Assembly (NCBI GenBank): GCA_038870455.1
Contig: JAWCPB010000002.1
Coordinates: 12,452 to 76,451 of the forward strand
Reading direction: 5' to 3'
Length of the DNA stretch: 64,000 nt
Source of the DNA: Candidatus Micrarchaeia archaeon
Lineage (GTDB): Archaea; Micrarchaeota; Micrarchaeia; Burarchaeales; JACRGF01
Made by a program: the position numbers and the translations under genes. Positions 29,901 to 40,217 of the stretch are shown piece by piece. The notes below the pieces were generated by a model. It was not told the DNA's origin and searched no databases. It saw nothing but the letters and a program-made list of their open reading frames with translations. Numbering within the stretch: the stretch's first letter is position 1; each line of letters starts with the position of its first letter.

Positions 29901-31937
29901 ATGGCCGTCCTGGTCATAACCGAAAAGCCGCGCGTGGCAGAGCGCATGGCGAGCGCGCTCGCCCAAGGCCCCATCCAGAGGAAGAGCCTTGGCGGGCTTT
30001 CCTACTACGTCTGCCGGAGGGGAGGGCAGGAGATCGTCATCGCCCCTGCGGTGGGCCACGTCTATGCGCTGAGGCAGGTCGCGAAGGGCAGCGGCTACCC
30101 CGTGTTCGACATAGAGTGGGCGCCCGCCTTTGAGGTGGAGAAGAAGGCCGCCTACACGAAAAGATACATCGCCCTGCTCTCCTCGCTCGCCAAGAAGGCA
30201 GACTCCTTTGTCGTGGCGTGCGATTATGACATAGAAGGCTCGCTCATCGGCTTTAACGTGCTGCGCTTCGCCTGCGGCACCCAGCAGGGAAGCCGCATGA
30301 AGTTCAGCGCGCTGACTCCCGATGACCTGGTGGCCGCTTGGGAGGGGCGCGGGCCGCTCGACTACCAGAACGCGTGGGCGGGCGAGGCGCGCCACATTCT
30401 CGACTGGCTTTGGGGAATCAACCTGTCGCGCGCGCTCATGCACGCCATGAGGAGCGCCGGCGTCTTCAAAGTGCTCAGCATCGGCCGCGTCCAGGGACCG
30501 GCGCTCGCCATCCTCGCAGCGCGCGAGAGGGAGATCGCAGCTTTCAAGCCCACTCCCTATTGGGAGGTGAGCGCGGTCATCAAGGACGTGCGCTTCCTGC
30601 ACGAGCGAGGCCGTTTTATGAGTCTCGAGGAGGCCGAGGGCGCGCTTGAGAGAAGCGACCGCAGCGGGGCGATCACCTCAATCTCGAAAAAAGAGTTTTC
30701 CGTTCCGCCCGAGCCGCCGTTCGACCTCACTTCCCTGCAGCTCGCCGCCTATTCCGCATTCGGCTTCGCGCCCGCCCAGACGCTCGAGCTCGCCCAGTCG
30801 CTTTACGAGGCCTCGCTCATCTCCTACCCGCGCACGTCCTCGCAGAAGCTTCCGCCGAAGCTCAACCTCCAAAAAATAATGGGGGAGCTTGCCAAACAAC
30901 CGGCCTACTCCCGGCTCGCGGCCTCCCTCATTCAACAAAAGCGCTTCGTCCCGAGGGAGGGAAAGAAGAGCGACCCGGCTCACCCGGCAATCTATCCCAC
31001 CGGGCTGGCTCCGGGAAAGCTCGCCGAGCGCGAGGCCAGGCTGTACGACCTCATAGTCAAGCGTTTTCTCGCGTGCTTCGCAGAGCCTGCGGTGCGCGAG
31101 AGCCAGAGGATAACCGCGAGGCTGGGAAGCGAGTGCTTCAACGCGGCCGGCACGCGGACTGTTCAAGAGGGCTGGCTTGCGTTCTACGCGCCTTACGCGA
31201 AGCTGGAGGAAGCTTCCTTGCCCGAGTTCAAGGAAGGCGAGGCCGTGCAGGCAGAGGGCGTTTCCCTTCAGGAGAAGGCCACGCAGCCGCCCAGGCGTTT
31301 CACTCCCGCGAGCATCATCGAGGTGCTCGAGAGGAGGAACCTGGGCACCAAGGCGACGCGCGCGGGCATCATCGAGACGCTGTACGCGCGTGGCTACACT
31401 GAGGAAAAGAACATCCGCGTCACTCCGTTCGGCCTCGCCGTGGCGGACGCGCTTGCCAAGAACTGCCCGGAGATTCTCGACGAGAAGCTCACGCGCGGGC
31501 TCGAGGAGAAGATGAGCGCCATTCAGGAGGGGAAGGCGAGCGGGGAGGAGGTGATCGCCGAAGGCAAGTCGCTCCTGCGGCACATTCTCGTCGAGTTCAA
31601 GGCGCGTGAGGCCGACATCGGCAGGGAGCTCTTCGCCGCGCTCAAGCAGACCGAGGAGCAGCAGAGCCTGCTCGGTCCTTGCCTGGCGTGCAGGGCCGGC
31701 AGCCTGCGCGTGCTGCGCTCGCGGGCTGGAAAAATGTTCGTGGGCTGCTCGCGCTATCCCGCCTGCAGGAACGCTTATCCGCTTCCCCAGGGCGCGCGCA
31801 TCAAGCCCCTCGGCAGGGCGTGCGAGCACTGCGGCACGCCGCTGATAAGGGTTTTCAGAAAGGGAAGGCGGCCTTTCGAGATGTGCCTCCTCCCGACTTG
31901 CGAGAGCAAGCAGGGCTGGGGGAAGAAAAGCGAGTGA
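29901..31937 (+). CDS. topA: type IA DNA topoisomerase
   Basis: TEKP, D.D.EG, S.GRVQ, ISYPRT, GT.ATRA, C-terminal Zn ribbons. Confidence 0.96.
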   Translation: MAVLVITEKPRVAERMASALAQGPIQRKSLGGLSYYVCRRGGQEIVIAPAVGHVYALRQVAKGSGYPVFDIEWAPAFEVEKKAAYTKRYIALLSSLAKKADSFVVACDYDIEGSLIGFNVLRFACGTQQGSRMKFSALTPDDLVAAWEGRGPLDYQNAWAGEARHILDWLWGINLSRALMHAMRSAGVFKVLSIGRVQGPALAILAAREREIAAFKPTPYWEVSAVIKDVRFLHERGRFMSLEEAEGALERSDRSGAITSISKKEFSVPPEPPFDLTSLQLAAYSAFGFAPAQTLELAQSLYEASLISYPRTSSQKLPPKLNLQKIMGELAKQPAYSRLAASLIQQKRFVPREGKKSDPAHPAIYPTGLAPGKLAEREARLYDLIVKRFLACFAEPAVRESQRITARLGSECFNAAGTRTVQEGWLAFYAPYAKLEEASLPEFKEGEAVQAEGVSLQEKATQPPRRFTPASIIEVLERRNLGTKATRAGIIETLYARGYTEEKNIRVTPFGLAVADALAKNCPEILDEKLTRGLEEKMSAIQEGKASGEEVIAEGKSLLRHILVEFKAREADIGRELFAALKQTEEQQSLLGPCLACRAGSLRVLRSRAGKMFVGCSRYPACRNAYPLPQGARIKPLGRACEHCGTPLIRVFRKGRRPFEMCLLPTCESKQGWGKKSE

Positions 31938-31942
31938 ATGGG

Positions 31943-33196
31943 ATGGTGTACAAGCGCATCAGAAGTTTTTTCCTCAGCGGCTTCTTTGTCGCTAACGCCA
32001 TCGCCCTGACCGGCACGGCCGCGTTCATGTTCCTCTCCTACCTCTATCACTTCGCTATGGTGAGGCTGCTCGAGCCGGCGACTTACGGCGAGCTCAGCGT
32101 GCTCGTGGGCGTCATATCCATTCTCCTCATGCCCGCCCAGACCATTCAGACGGTCTTCGCGCGCGAGGTGGCAAAGCTGGACGCCCAGAGGAGGTTCGCT
32201 GAAGGCTTTGCCGTGGCGCGCGCGCACATGCGTGATGTTTTTGTGTGGGGCGCCGCTGCCGCGCTCGCCGGCATCATCCTTTTGGAGCTCGCCAAGCCTT
32301 TTTTCGCGAGCGGCTTCGTTTTTTTCCTTCAGCTCATCCTGCTATTCGTTCCCGTGTGGTACGCGCTGTACGTGGCGCGAGGCTTTCTGCAGGGAAAGGA
32401 GTGGGTGCTGGCCGTCTCGTCGGTCCTGGTAGCCGAGCCCTTCCTCAAGGTGCTGCTTGCCGTCGTGTTCGTGTGGCTCGGCTGGGGGCTGTTGGGCGCG
32501 CTCGTGCCCATCGAGCTCGCGGCGCTCATCCTGCTGCTTCCGCTCGCCTGGTACTTTCTCGCCAGCCATCCGCGCGCCAAGCCCGTTCCCATCCGCTTCG
32601 GGCCTTCCTTCAAGCCCGTGCTCGCCACGAACGTCCTGCTCATGAGCCTGCTCTACCTCGACCTCTTCGCGGTCGCCTTTTTCAGGGGAAGCGCCGATGC
32701 CGGCTACTATAACGTGGCCGGCATCACCTCGCGCATCCTCTATTTCGTGGCCGGCGGCCTTCTTCTCGTATTCCTGCCCAAGTCCAGCAAGCTCGGCCTT
32801 GGCCAGGCCCGCGAGCTCGGCTGGCTCCTGCTCAAGACGCTGGCCTTCCTCGTCCCGGCCTTTCTCGTGTTCATTCTCTTCCCGCAGGAGTTCATTTTCC
32901 TCTTTTACACCCCCAAGTACCACCCCGCCGTGCTTCCGTTCGTCATTCTGTCGGTGGGCCTCTTCCTTTTCTCCTCTTTCTATCTCGTGCTCAACCTCCT
33001 GTGGAGCCAGCACAGGGAACGCTTCGCTCTTCTCCTGAGCGCCGCCGCCCTGCTCATCGACGCGCTGCTCCTCGGCCTGCTCGTTCCCCCGCTCGGCATG
33101 GCCGGCGCAGCCCTCTCGACAACCATAGCCAGCGCCCTGCTCTTCGTTTCCGGCGCGCTGTATCTCGCCGGCCACCTCAGGCAAGGAAAAAACTAA
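31943..33196 (+). CDS. Wzx/MATE-like oligosaccharide flippase
   Basis: ~12 TM; RLL.P..YG, AGYY.VA, P.LG..GAA. Confidence 0.85.
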   Translation: MVYKRIRSFFLSGFFVANAIALTGTAAFMFLSYLYHFAMVRLLEPATYGELSVLVGVISILLMPAQTIQTVFAREVAKLDAQRRFAEGFAVARAHMRDVFVWGAAAALAGIILLELAKPFFASGFVFFLQLILLFVPVWYALYVARGFLQGKEWVLAVSSVLVAEPFLKVLLAVVFVWLGWGLLGALVPIELAALILLLPLAWYFLASHPRAKPVPIRFGPSFKPVLATNVLLMSLLYLDLFAVAFFRGSADAGYYNVAGITSRILYFVAGGLLLVFLPKSSKLGLGQARELGWLLLKTLAFLVPAFLVFILFPQEFIFLFYTPKYHPAVLPFVILSVGLFLFSSFYLVLNLLWSQHRERFALLLSAAALLIDALLLGLLVPPLGMAGAALSTTIASALLFVSGALYLAGHLRQGKN

Positions 33197-33221
33197 TTAA
33201 TCCCCCGCCCGATACTCACGC

Positions 33222-34073
33222 ATGGCAGAGCTCTTCCTCGCCTTTTCGAACGCGAAGGACCTGCTCCCTCGCGCGAAGTCCATAGACTTCAAGCTCTTCC
33301 CGGACGGCGAGAGTTACGTGCGCATTCCGGTAAAGGTTTCTGGGAGGGATGTTCTTCTTGCAGAACGCTGCTGGCCCGAGCAGGACGCCGCCCTCATCCG
33401 CCTTCTCCTCGCCCTTTCGCAGCTCAAGGCGATGGGCGCGCGCCGCATCCGCTGCCTCGTTCCCTATCTTCCTTACGCCAGACAGGACAAGCGTTTTCTC
33501 GAAGGAGAGGCGCTGAGCGCGCAGACGATCTGCAGGCTCCTCAGGCTCGCCGGCTGCAGCGAGCTCGTCACGTTCGACTGCCACTTCCTGAAAAAAGAGG
33601 GGACGTTCGCCTTTGCGGGCCTGCGCATCCGAAACATCTCGCTCGCCAAGCCCCTGCTCGCCCTTTTGAGGAGGAAGGCGGGCAGGCCGGTTGTCATCTC
33701 GCCTGACGTGGGCGCGTCCTACATGGTCGAGGAGGAAAAAGAAAAGAGCGTGATGGAAAAAGTTAGAGGGGGCTACACGAAAGGGAGGCTGGCCTACAGG
33801 CGGATCGCGCGCATGGAGGCAAAGTCTGATGTGCGCGGGCGCGACGTCATCCTCATCGACGACATGGTAAGCACGGGCAGCACGATGGTCAAGGCCGTGC
33901 GGGCGCTCAGGAAAGCCGGCGCCGGGCGCGTGCTCTGCGCAGCCTCGCACGGGCTGTTTTTGGGCGGCTCGCTGCGCAGGCTGCGCGCGGCGGGCGCGGC
34001 CGAGGTTGTCGTCAGCGACAGCATCCCGGGCCCTGCGGCGCGGCTGCGCCTGCGGGAGGTGTGGTCTCCATGA
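33222..34073 (+). CDS. prs: ribose-phosphate pyrophosphokinase
   Basis: FPDGE.YVR, PYLPYARQDK, SPD.GA, IDDMVSTGST. Confidence 0.93.
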   Translation: MAELFLAFSNAKDLLPRAKSIDFKLFPDGESYVRIPVKVSGRDVLLAERCWPEQDAALIRLLLALSQLKAMGARRIRCLVPYLPYARQDKRFLEGEALSAQTICRLLRLAGCSELVTFDCHFLKKEGTFAFAGLRIRNISLAKPLLALLRRKAGRPVVISPDVGASYMVEEEKEKSVMEKVRGGYTKGRLAYRRIARMEAKSDVRGRDVILIDDMVSTGSTMVKAVRALRKAGAGRVLCAASHGLFLGGSLRRLRAAGAAEVVVSDSIPGPAARLRLREVWSP

Positions 34074-34651
34074 CAATACATGCCAAGGTAGATGGGCTCA
34101 TCCAGAAGATTTCAGAGAAATGCAGGAGGATCAGCGCGGAGAGCATGGAGGAGTTCGTCGCGGCGGTCGTCGGCGCGAAACGCGTTTTCGTCATGGGCAT
34201 GGGCAGGAGCGGGCTCGTGGCGCGTGCTTTCGCCATGCGCCTCATGCACCTGCGCCTCACCGTCTTCGTGGTTGGCGAGACGACCACGCCCGCAATTGGA
34301 AAAGGCGACCTGCTGGTCGTTGTCAGTGGCTCGGGCAGCACCAGCAGCGTGGTGGCGATAGCGAAGAAGGCCAGGGAGCTTGGGGCGCGTATCGCCTCCC
34401 TAACCTCCTACCCGGATTCTGCGGTGGGCAGGCTGAGCGATGTCATTGTGAAGATAGAGGGCAGGCTTCCCGAAAAACGGCACGACTATCCCTCGCGCCA
34501 GCTTGCGGGCGAGCACGAGCCGCTCACTCCCATGGGCACGCTGTTCGAGCTGGCGGCAATGGTTTTCCTGGACACCGTCGTAGAGGAGCTCATGCTCAGG
34601 CTGGGAAGAAGCGAGGAGGAAATGAGGCGGACGCACACCCAGCTCGAGTGA
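34070..34651 (+). CDS. hxlB: 6-phospho-3-hexuloisomerase
   Basis: G.GRSG, FAMRL.HL, GETTTP, SGSG.T, PMGTLFE. Confidence 0.93.
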   Translation: MTIHAKVDGLIQKISEKCRRISAESMEEFVAAVVGAKRVFVMGMGRSGLVARAFAMRLMHLRLTVFVVGETTTPAIGKGDLLVVVSGSGSTSSVVAIAKKARELGARIASLTSYPDSAVGRLSDVIVKIEGRLPEKRHDYPSRQLAGEHEPLTPMGTLFELAAMVFLDTVVEELMLRLGRSEEEMRRTHTQLE

Positions 34652-34654
34652 AAG

Positions 34655-35218
34655 GTGCTTCTCTTGCTCGAGCAGTTTGCGGTTGTTTTCCTCACGGTCG
34701 CTCTCGCGGAGTTCGGGGACAAGACGCAGCTCGCCGCGCTCGCGCTCGCGGCAAAATACAGGAAGCCCCTTCAAATCGCAGCGGGCTCCGCGCTCGCTTT
34801 TCTTGCCGCAACCGCGCTCGCCGTCGCGATAGGCGGGAGCTGGGGCGCCAACCTGCCAGCGCACATCATCAAAAGCGTTTCGGGCCTCGCGTTCATCGCC
34901 TTCGGCGTTCATTCCCTGCTGAGCAGGGAGAGGGAGGAGAGGGCAAGCGTTCATGCGGGCGGGAGCGCTTTCCTCGCCTCGCTCTTCCTGATCTTCACCA
35001 TGGAGATCGGCGACAAGACGAACATCGCCAACATTTTCTTCGCCTCGCTCTACAATCCCATCGTTGTTCTCGCTGCTGCGCTCACCGCGGAAGTCTTCCT
35101 CACGCTGCTCGCCGTCTTCCTCGCTCACGCTCTCTCCAAGAAAATCAGCCGCGAAAAGACGCGCGTCGCATCCGCGCTTCTCTTCATTCTCATCGGAGCC
35201 GCCGTGCTTATCTTCTAG
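34655..35218 (+). CDS. GDT1/TMEM165 (UPF0016) cation transporter
   Basis: EFGDKT and EIGDKT motifs. Confidence 0.92.
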   Translation: MLLLLEQFAVVFLTVALAEFGDKTQLAALALAAKYRKPLQIAAGSALAFLAATALAVAIGGSWGANLPAHIIKSVSGLAFIAFGVHSLLSREREERASVHAGGSAFLASLFLIFTMEIGDKTNIANIFFASLYNPIVVLAAALTAEVFLTLLAVFLAHALSKKISREKTRVASALLFILIGAAVLIF

Positions 35219-35237
35219 CCGAACTCGCTGCGCGCGC

Positions 35238-36860
35238 TCAGCCTTTCGCTTTTTTCATCGCTTCCTTCAAAAACGCGACGAACAGCGGCGCGGGCCTCTC
35301 GAGCCTGCTCTTGAACTCGGGGTGCGCCTGCGTGGCGACCCCCCACCCGCTCGGCCATTCAACGAGCTCGACTATGTCCGACTTGCCCTCGTGCGTTCCG
35401 CTCACCACGAGCCCGCTCTCCTCCAGCACCCTGACGTAGGCGGGGTTCACCTCGTAGCGATGGCGGTGCCTTTCGGTTATGAGTTCCTTGCCGTATGCCG
35501 CGAACGCCCTCGTCCCCCTCTTGAGCCTGCACGGATAGCTGCCGAGGCGCATGGTCGCGCCCTTCTCCGTGATCCGCCTCTGCTCGGGCAGGAGATCGAT
35601 GACTGGATGCTTCGTGCTGGCATCGAACTCGGTCGAGTTCGCGCCCCGCAGGCCGGCCACGTTCCTCGCCCACTCGACCACGGCGAGCTGGAGCCCCAGG
35701 CACAGGCCGAGGAAGGGAAGCCCCTTTTCCCTGGCATAGCGGATGCACTCGATTTTCCCCTCAACGCCCCTCTCGCCGAACCCCCCCGGGACGATAATCC
35801 CGTGCGCGTCGTCAAGCGCGTTCAGCCCAATCTTCTTTTCCTCAATGTCCGTGGTCTCCACCCACTTAATCCTCACTCCGCAGTCGAGGTGCGCGCCCGC
35901 ATGCACGAGCGCTTCCTTGACGCTCACGTACGCGTCGCGCAGCGCGGTGTATTTCCCCGTGAGCGCGACGGTCACGCTCGCCTTCGGCCTGCTTATCCTC
36001 TCGGTGAGAGCGCTCCATGCCTTGAGGTCGCTTTCCTTCAGCTTGAGCCCGAGCCTGTCCGCGATGAGCTTCGACACGCCCTGCTTTTCGAACAGCAGCG
36101 GCACCTCATAGACCCCCTCCACATCCGCGTCGTCTATGATCGCCTCGGGCGGCACCCCGCAGAAGAGGGATAATTTTTTCCTCGACTCCGCCGTGAGTGG
36201 CTGCACTTCCCTGCAGATTATCATCTGCGGGATGATCCCCATGCTGGCCAGCAGCTTGTTGGCGTGCTGCGTTGGCTTTGTCTTCTGCTCACCGAGCGCC
36301 TCTATGGTCGGGACGTAGGTGAGCTGGACGAACAGCACCTCCTCCTCGCCCGCGAGCTGCCTCATCGCCTCCAGGAAATAGCCGTTCTCGAGGTCGCCGA
36401 CCGTGCCCCCCACCTCGACGAGCACCACGTCAGCGTCGAAAGCGTCGCCGACGTCCCTCACCCACTTTTTAATCTCGTTGGTGAGGTGTGGCACGAACTG
36501 CACGTCGTACCCGAGGTAGCCGCCTCTCCGCTCCTTCTCGATCACCAGCTTGAATATCTTTCCTCCCGTGAGGTTGTTGCTGTTGTTCAGGTCGATGTTG
36601 AGGAACCTCTCGTAAGTCCCCAGGTCCATGTCGCACTCCGTGCCGTCATCGAGCACGAACACCTCGCCGTGCCTGTACGGGTTCATCGTGCCGCAATCCA
36701 CGTTCAGGTAGCCGTCGAACTTGACGGGCGCGACCCTGAGGCCCTTGCTCTGGAGGATGCGCCCGATGGAGGAGGTGACGATGCCTTTGCCGAGCCCGCT
36801 GAGCAGCGAGCCCACGACAACAATGTACTTGCGCTTTTTCGACCCCCCATCGGTCTGCAT
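35238..36860 (-). CDS. pyrG: CTP synthase
   Basis: SGLGKG, GEVFV.DDG.E.D.DLG, KTKPTQ, GLCLG, ERHRHRYE, HPEF. Confidence 0.98.
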   Translation of the reverse strand: MQTDGGSKKRKYIVVVGSLLSGLGKGIVTSSIGRILQSKGLRVAPVKFDGYLNVDCGTMNPYRHGEVFVLDDGTECDMDLGTYERFLNIDLNNSNNLTGGKIFKLVIEKERRGGYLGYDVQFVPHLTNEIKKWVRDVGDAFDADVVLVEVGGTVGDLENGYFLEAMRQLAGEEEVLFVQLTYVPTIEALGEQKTKPTQHANKLLASMGIIPQMIICREVQPLTAESRKKLSLFCGVPPEAIIDDADVEGVYEVPLLFEKQGVSKLIADRLGLKLKESDLKAWSALTERISRPKASVTVALTGKYTALRDAYVSVKEALVHAGAHLDCGVRIKWVETTDIEEKKIGLNALDDAHGIIVPGGFGERGVEGKIECIRYAREKGLPFLGLCLGLQLAVVEWARNVAGLRGANSTEFDASTKHPVIDLLPEQRRITEKGATMRLGSYPCRLKRGTRAFAAYGKELITERHRHRYEVNPAYVRVLEESGLVVSGTHEGKSDIVELVEWPSGWGVATQAHPEFKSRLERPAPLFVAFLKEAMKKAKG

Positions 36861-36914
36861 AGGGGTTTTTATTACAAAGTCCTTAATAAGCTTGTTCGTT
36901 CACGTCGTGGTGCG

Positions 36915-37628
36915 ATGGCCGAGGTCTGTCTCTTCGTGTGCCAGAAGAAGAAAAATCCCGCGCTCAGGCTCAAGAAGTTTCCGTTCATCAAGCTCAGCCG
37001 CTCGACGCTCGTCTTCCCGGCGGAGGCGAGGAGCGAGCTCGCCGCGCTCTCCTCGCAGGGCTCCTGGGTGCTCGAGGGGAGCTTTCCGGACGAGAAGCTG
37101 GAGGAGGCGAACGCGCGGTGGCTGGCCGAGAAGTGCATCACCCTCGAGCTCGAGGGCGAGAGGTTCGTCTCCCCGCTGCTTAAGGAGCTCGCCACGCTCG
37201 AGGCCTGGCGCGCGCACGGTGTTGCCGAGGGCGAGGAGCGCGAGTACGCGGCCCGCAGAGCCGGTTTCCTCAGCGAGTGGTCTTCCCTCTCAAAGAGGCT
37301 TTTTTCAACAAAATCAGTCGAGCAGCTCTCCTCTCGTGTGAGCTCACTGGCCGAGTTCAGGCCCTCGCCCTCTCCTTTCGCCGGAAAGCGCGACAACCTC
37401 ACCCACACGATCAGCGAGAGGTTCGAGCGCTTTCGCGAGGAGGCGCTCGCCCTCCTGCGCAGGCCACGCGAGCTGGCTGAAGTCGCTTCGCTGGCGGGGA
37501 TGAGCAAGAGCAGCGTCAGGCGGTGGCTCAAGCGCATGGAGAGGGCGGGCCTCATCGCGCGGACGAGGAGGCGCCACGGCGTCGGCCGCCCGCGCGACGT
37601 CTATTACCGCTCGATGCACATTGTTTAA
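36915..37628 (+). CDS. hypothetical protein with C-terminal winged HTH
   Basis: EVASLAGMSKSSVRRWLKRMERAGLI...GRPRDVYY. Confidence 0.7.
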   Translation: MAEVCLFVCQKKKNPALRLKKFPFIKLSRSTLVFPAEARSELAALSSQGSWVLEGSFPDEKLEEANARWLAEKCITLELEGERFVSPLLKELATLEAWRAHGVAEGEEREYAARRAGFLSEWSSLSKRLFSTKSVEQLSSRVSSLAEFRPSPSPFAGKRDNLTHTISERFERFREEALALLRRPRELAEVASLAGMSKSSVRRWLKRMERAGLIARTRRRHGVGRPRDVYYRSMHIV

Positions 37629-37654
37629 AAATCATTGGCCACTAATCTGCTTCG

Positions 37655-37855
37655 ATGGGCGAGACCACCAAAATGCTCGTGAACGCCGCACGCGTGCTCG
37701 TCGCGATAGGCGCGGGCATCCTGCTGGCCTGGTCGTGGCAGGAGTACCGCCCCATGGACAGGGAGAACTGGGGCATGCTCTTTGTGGTCTGGCTCGTGGC
37801 AACCATCGTGGTCTATCTGCTTCTGCACAAGCTGGCGAAAACCGGCCCTGACTAG
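37655..37855 (+). CDS. small two-TM protein
   Basis: Two hydrophobic helices. Confidence 0.6.
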   Translation: MGETTKMLVNAARVLVAIGAGILLAWSWQEYRPMDRENWGMLFVVWLVATIVVYLLLHKLAKTGPD

Positions 37856-38379
37856 ACCTCCTCGCATTCGGCGAGCCAGCCCAGCGCCTTCGCCCTCATC
37901 GCCGCATTCACTTCAACGAGCACCACGCCCTCGTTGGGCTGGCCGTAAATCACAATGGTCTCATCGGGCGCGCGCGCGAGCGCGACGAGCGCGGCCAAGT
38001 CCTCCTCCCCCTTCACGAAAATATTCCCCCTCCTATCTTTGAGCGCGGAAAGCAGCGCCCTCTCCATCTCCCCGCTTATCGTGCCCGCCTCGTTCCTCAC
38101 CCGCTTTGCCTTCCTCACGTGCCTCTCGATTTCCCCCCTCACCTCCTCGCTGACCGGCACGCGCAGGTTCTTGTAGTCGTAGACAAAAACGTCAGGCCGC
38201 AGGCCGTTCTTGAACAGCATGTAGCCCACGGTGTCCCCAACGGCGACAACCAGTTTGGGCTTTCTCGCCCTGAGCCTCTCCAGTGCTGCCCTTTCTGTCA
38301 GCAGCTCGCCCACTGGTTTGTGCAGCAGCTCCCTAAGGCTCTCGGGAAGCTTCTTTGCCTTCACGCGTGCCTTTCTCAA
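37852..38379 (-). CDS. GTP-dependent dephospho-CoA kinase (DUF359)
   Basis: LR..L..P.G, VGD, N.AG.I, GEEDL, YGQP.EG.V. Confidence 0.9.
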   Translation of the reverse strand: MRKARVKAKKLPESLRELLHKPVGELLTERAALERLRARKPKLVVAVGDTVGYMLFKNGLRPDVFVYDYKNLRVPVSEEVRGEIERHVRKAKRVRNEAGTISGEMERALLSALKDRRGNIFVKGEEDLAALVALARAPDETIVIYGQPNEGVVLVEVNAAMRAKALGWLAECEEV

Positions 38380-38400
38380 CCCGATTAAATAGCTTTTGTC

Positions 38401-39912
38401 TTACAGGAAATCGGAGAGCTTTGCCTGTCCCCTCTTCACCGGCCTTGCTTCCCTCGCCGCGCCCGCCTGCAGCCTCCTCATTATTCTCCTCATTTTTCTT
38501 TCCTTGCTTCGCGCGCTCCACCAGAACGCCTCGTCCCTCGTCCCCTTGGTCAGCAGCACGATCACCTCGCCCGCCTTCGCCCTGCCGGCTCTTCCCCTCC
38601 TCTGAATGCTTCTTATCTCGCTGGGGATGGGTTCGTAGAACACGACCGCATCGACGCTCGGGATGTCCAGCCCCTCCTCTCCGATCGAGCTCGCCACCAG
38701 CACACTGTGCTCGCCCGCCCTGAACCGCTCGATGGTTTCCCGCTGCTCTTTTTCGCCGACCCCCTCGCGCTTTCCCACAAAAGGCGCGGCATTCACCCCA
38801 ACCCCGCGCAGTTCCTCGACTATCCTCTTCACCTGGTCTCTGTACTGCGTGAACACGATGAGCGTCTTTCCCTGCCCGGCCCTGTCTGCAACAATTTCCT
38901 TGAGCCTGGCCATCTTCGGGTGCTCGCCGAGCTCTCCGGCCCTCTCGACCGCCCTCCTCACCCTGGCGTCGGCGAGCAGCCTGGCCACGGCCTTGCTCTT
39001 GCTCTCCCGCTCGGCCATTTTCCTGAAGAATTCCTTGAACGCGAAAGGGCTCTGCGTCTCGAGCAGCTCGAGCGCGAGCACGAGGTTGAACAGCATCGCC
39101 ACCGCAGACAGCGCCTGGAACCTCCGCCCGCTGTCGTCCTTAAGTATTTTTTCCCGCAGCTCGAGCAGCTCTTTTTTCGAAGGGCATTTTTTCCTCGCGT
39201 GCCAGTAGCCGAGCCTCTTGAGCTTGGCCACGCCTTCAGCGACAACCCCCTCGAGATCCTCCCTCGCGGCCTCGAACGCTTTGGGCAGCTCCACCTCGAC
39301 CACGCTCACCTCAAGCGGCTTCACGTAAGGCGCGACATCAGCGTCCGCCTCCGTTCTTATTTCAAAGTGCTCCGCCCCGAGCGCGGCCGCCACCTCCCTT
39401 ATCTTCTCCTCCCGTCCGCCTGGCGATGCCGTGAGCCCGAGCGCGCGCACTCCCGCTCTCCTGCACTCCTGGGCCAGCGTGGTGTATGCATAGTCGCCCA
39501 CCGTCCTGTGCGCCTCATCAAACACCACGATGGCAAAATCCTCCACCCTCATCCTGCCCGCCCGTAGGTCGTTGTGGGCCGTCTGCGGAGTCGCGGCGAT
39601 GACCCTCCCGCTCTCCCAGCTTCTCTTCTCAGCCCCTTTTTCCCCAGTCAGCAGCACAACCTCGTCCTGCCCGAGCGTGGTCAGCTCCAGCATTGTCCTC
39701 GCATGCTGCTCGGCCAGCGGCCGCGTGGGCGCAAGGATGAGCGCCCGCCCTCTCTCCCCCAAAACCTTTTCCATAACCAGAATGGCTATCAGCGTCTTTC
39801 CCAATCCGGTGGGCAGCACGACGAGCGAGCTTCCCCTCTCAGCCACTTTTCCCGCAATCGCCCGCTGGTACTCCCTGGGCTCGATTTTGTCTCTTCTCAA
39901 GAGCCACGCCAC
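38401..39912 (-). CDS. Hef/FANCM-like SF2 helicase without nuclease domain
   Basis: [34 protein letters not shown]-terminal PIP-like QAKLSDF. Confidence 0.92.
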   Translation of the reverse strand: MAWLLRRDKIEPREYQRAIAGKVAERGSSLVVLPTGLGKTLIAILVMEKVLGERGRALILAPTRPLAEQHARTMLELTTLGQDEVVLLTGEKGAEKRSWESGRVIAATPQTAHNDLRAGRMRVEDFAIVVFDEAHRTVGDYAYTTLAQECRRAGVRALGLTASPGGREEKIREVAAALGAEHFEIRTEADADVAPYVKPLEVSVVEVELPKAFEAAREDLEGVVAEGVAKLKRLGYWHARKKCPSKKELLELREKILKDDSGRRFQALSAVAMLFNLVLALELLETQSPFAFKEFFRKMAERESKSKAVARLLADARVRRAVERAGELGEHPKMARLKEIVADRAGQGKTLIVFTQYRDQVKRIVEELRGVGVNAAPFVGKREGVGEKEQRETIERFRAGEHSVLVASSIGEEGLDIPSVDAVVFYEPIPSEIRSIQRRGRAGRAKAGEVIVLLTKGTRDEAFWWSARSKERKMRRIMRRLQAGAAREARPVKRGQAKLSDFL

Positions 39913-40018
39913 GCTCTTCTTTTCCCTTCCTCCCCTATTTATTCCCAGCCCCTCGGGTGCAGCAAGCTATTTAAATGTGCGGAACCCAAGGAGAGAACCT
40001 TTTTCGTGGGTGGTGTGT

Positions 40019-40216
40019 ATGCCTGAACTCCCCTTAGCTCCCGTAGAACGCCTGATCAGGAAGGCCGGCGCCGACAGGGTTTCCGAGGATGCCGCGGCCG
40101 CACTCGCCAGCATTCTCGAGGACTATGCCGCGGTCATCAGCGCGCGCGCCGTAAAGCTCTGCAAGCACGCAGGCCGCAAGACAGTCACGGCGGACGACAT
40201 CAAGCTCGCCAAGTGA
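40019..40216 (+). CDS. archaeal histone (HMf-type)
   Basis: [20 protein letters not shown]...[24 protein letters not shown] upstream. Confidence 0.95.
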   Translation: MPELPLAPVERLIRKAGADRVSEDAAAALASILEDYAAVISARAVKLCKHAGRKTVTADDIKLAK

Positions 40217-40217
40217 G

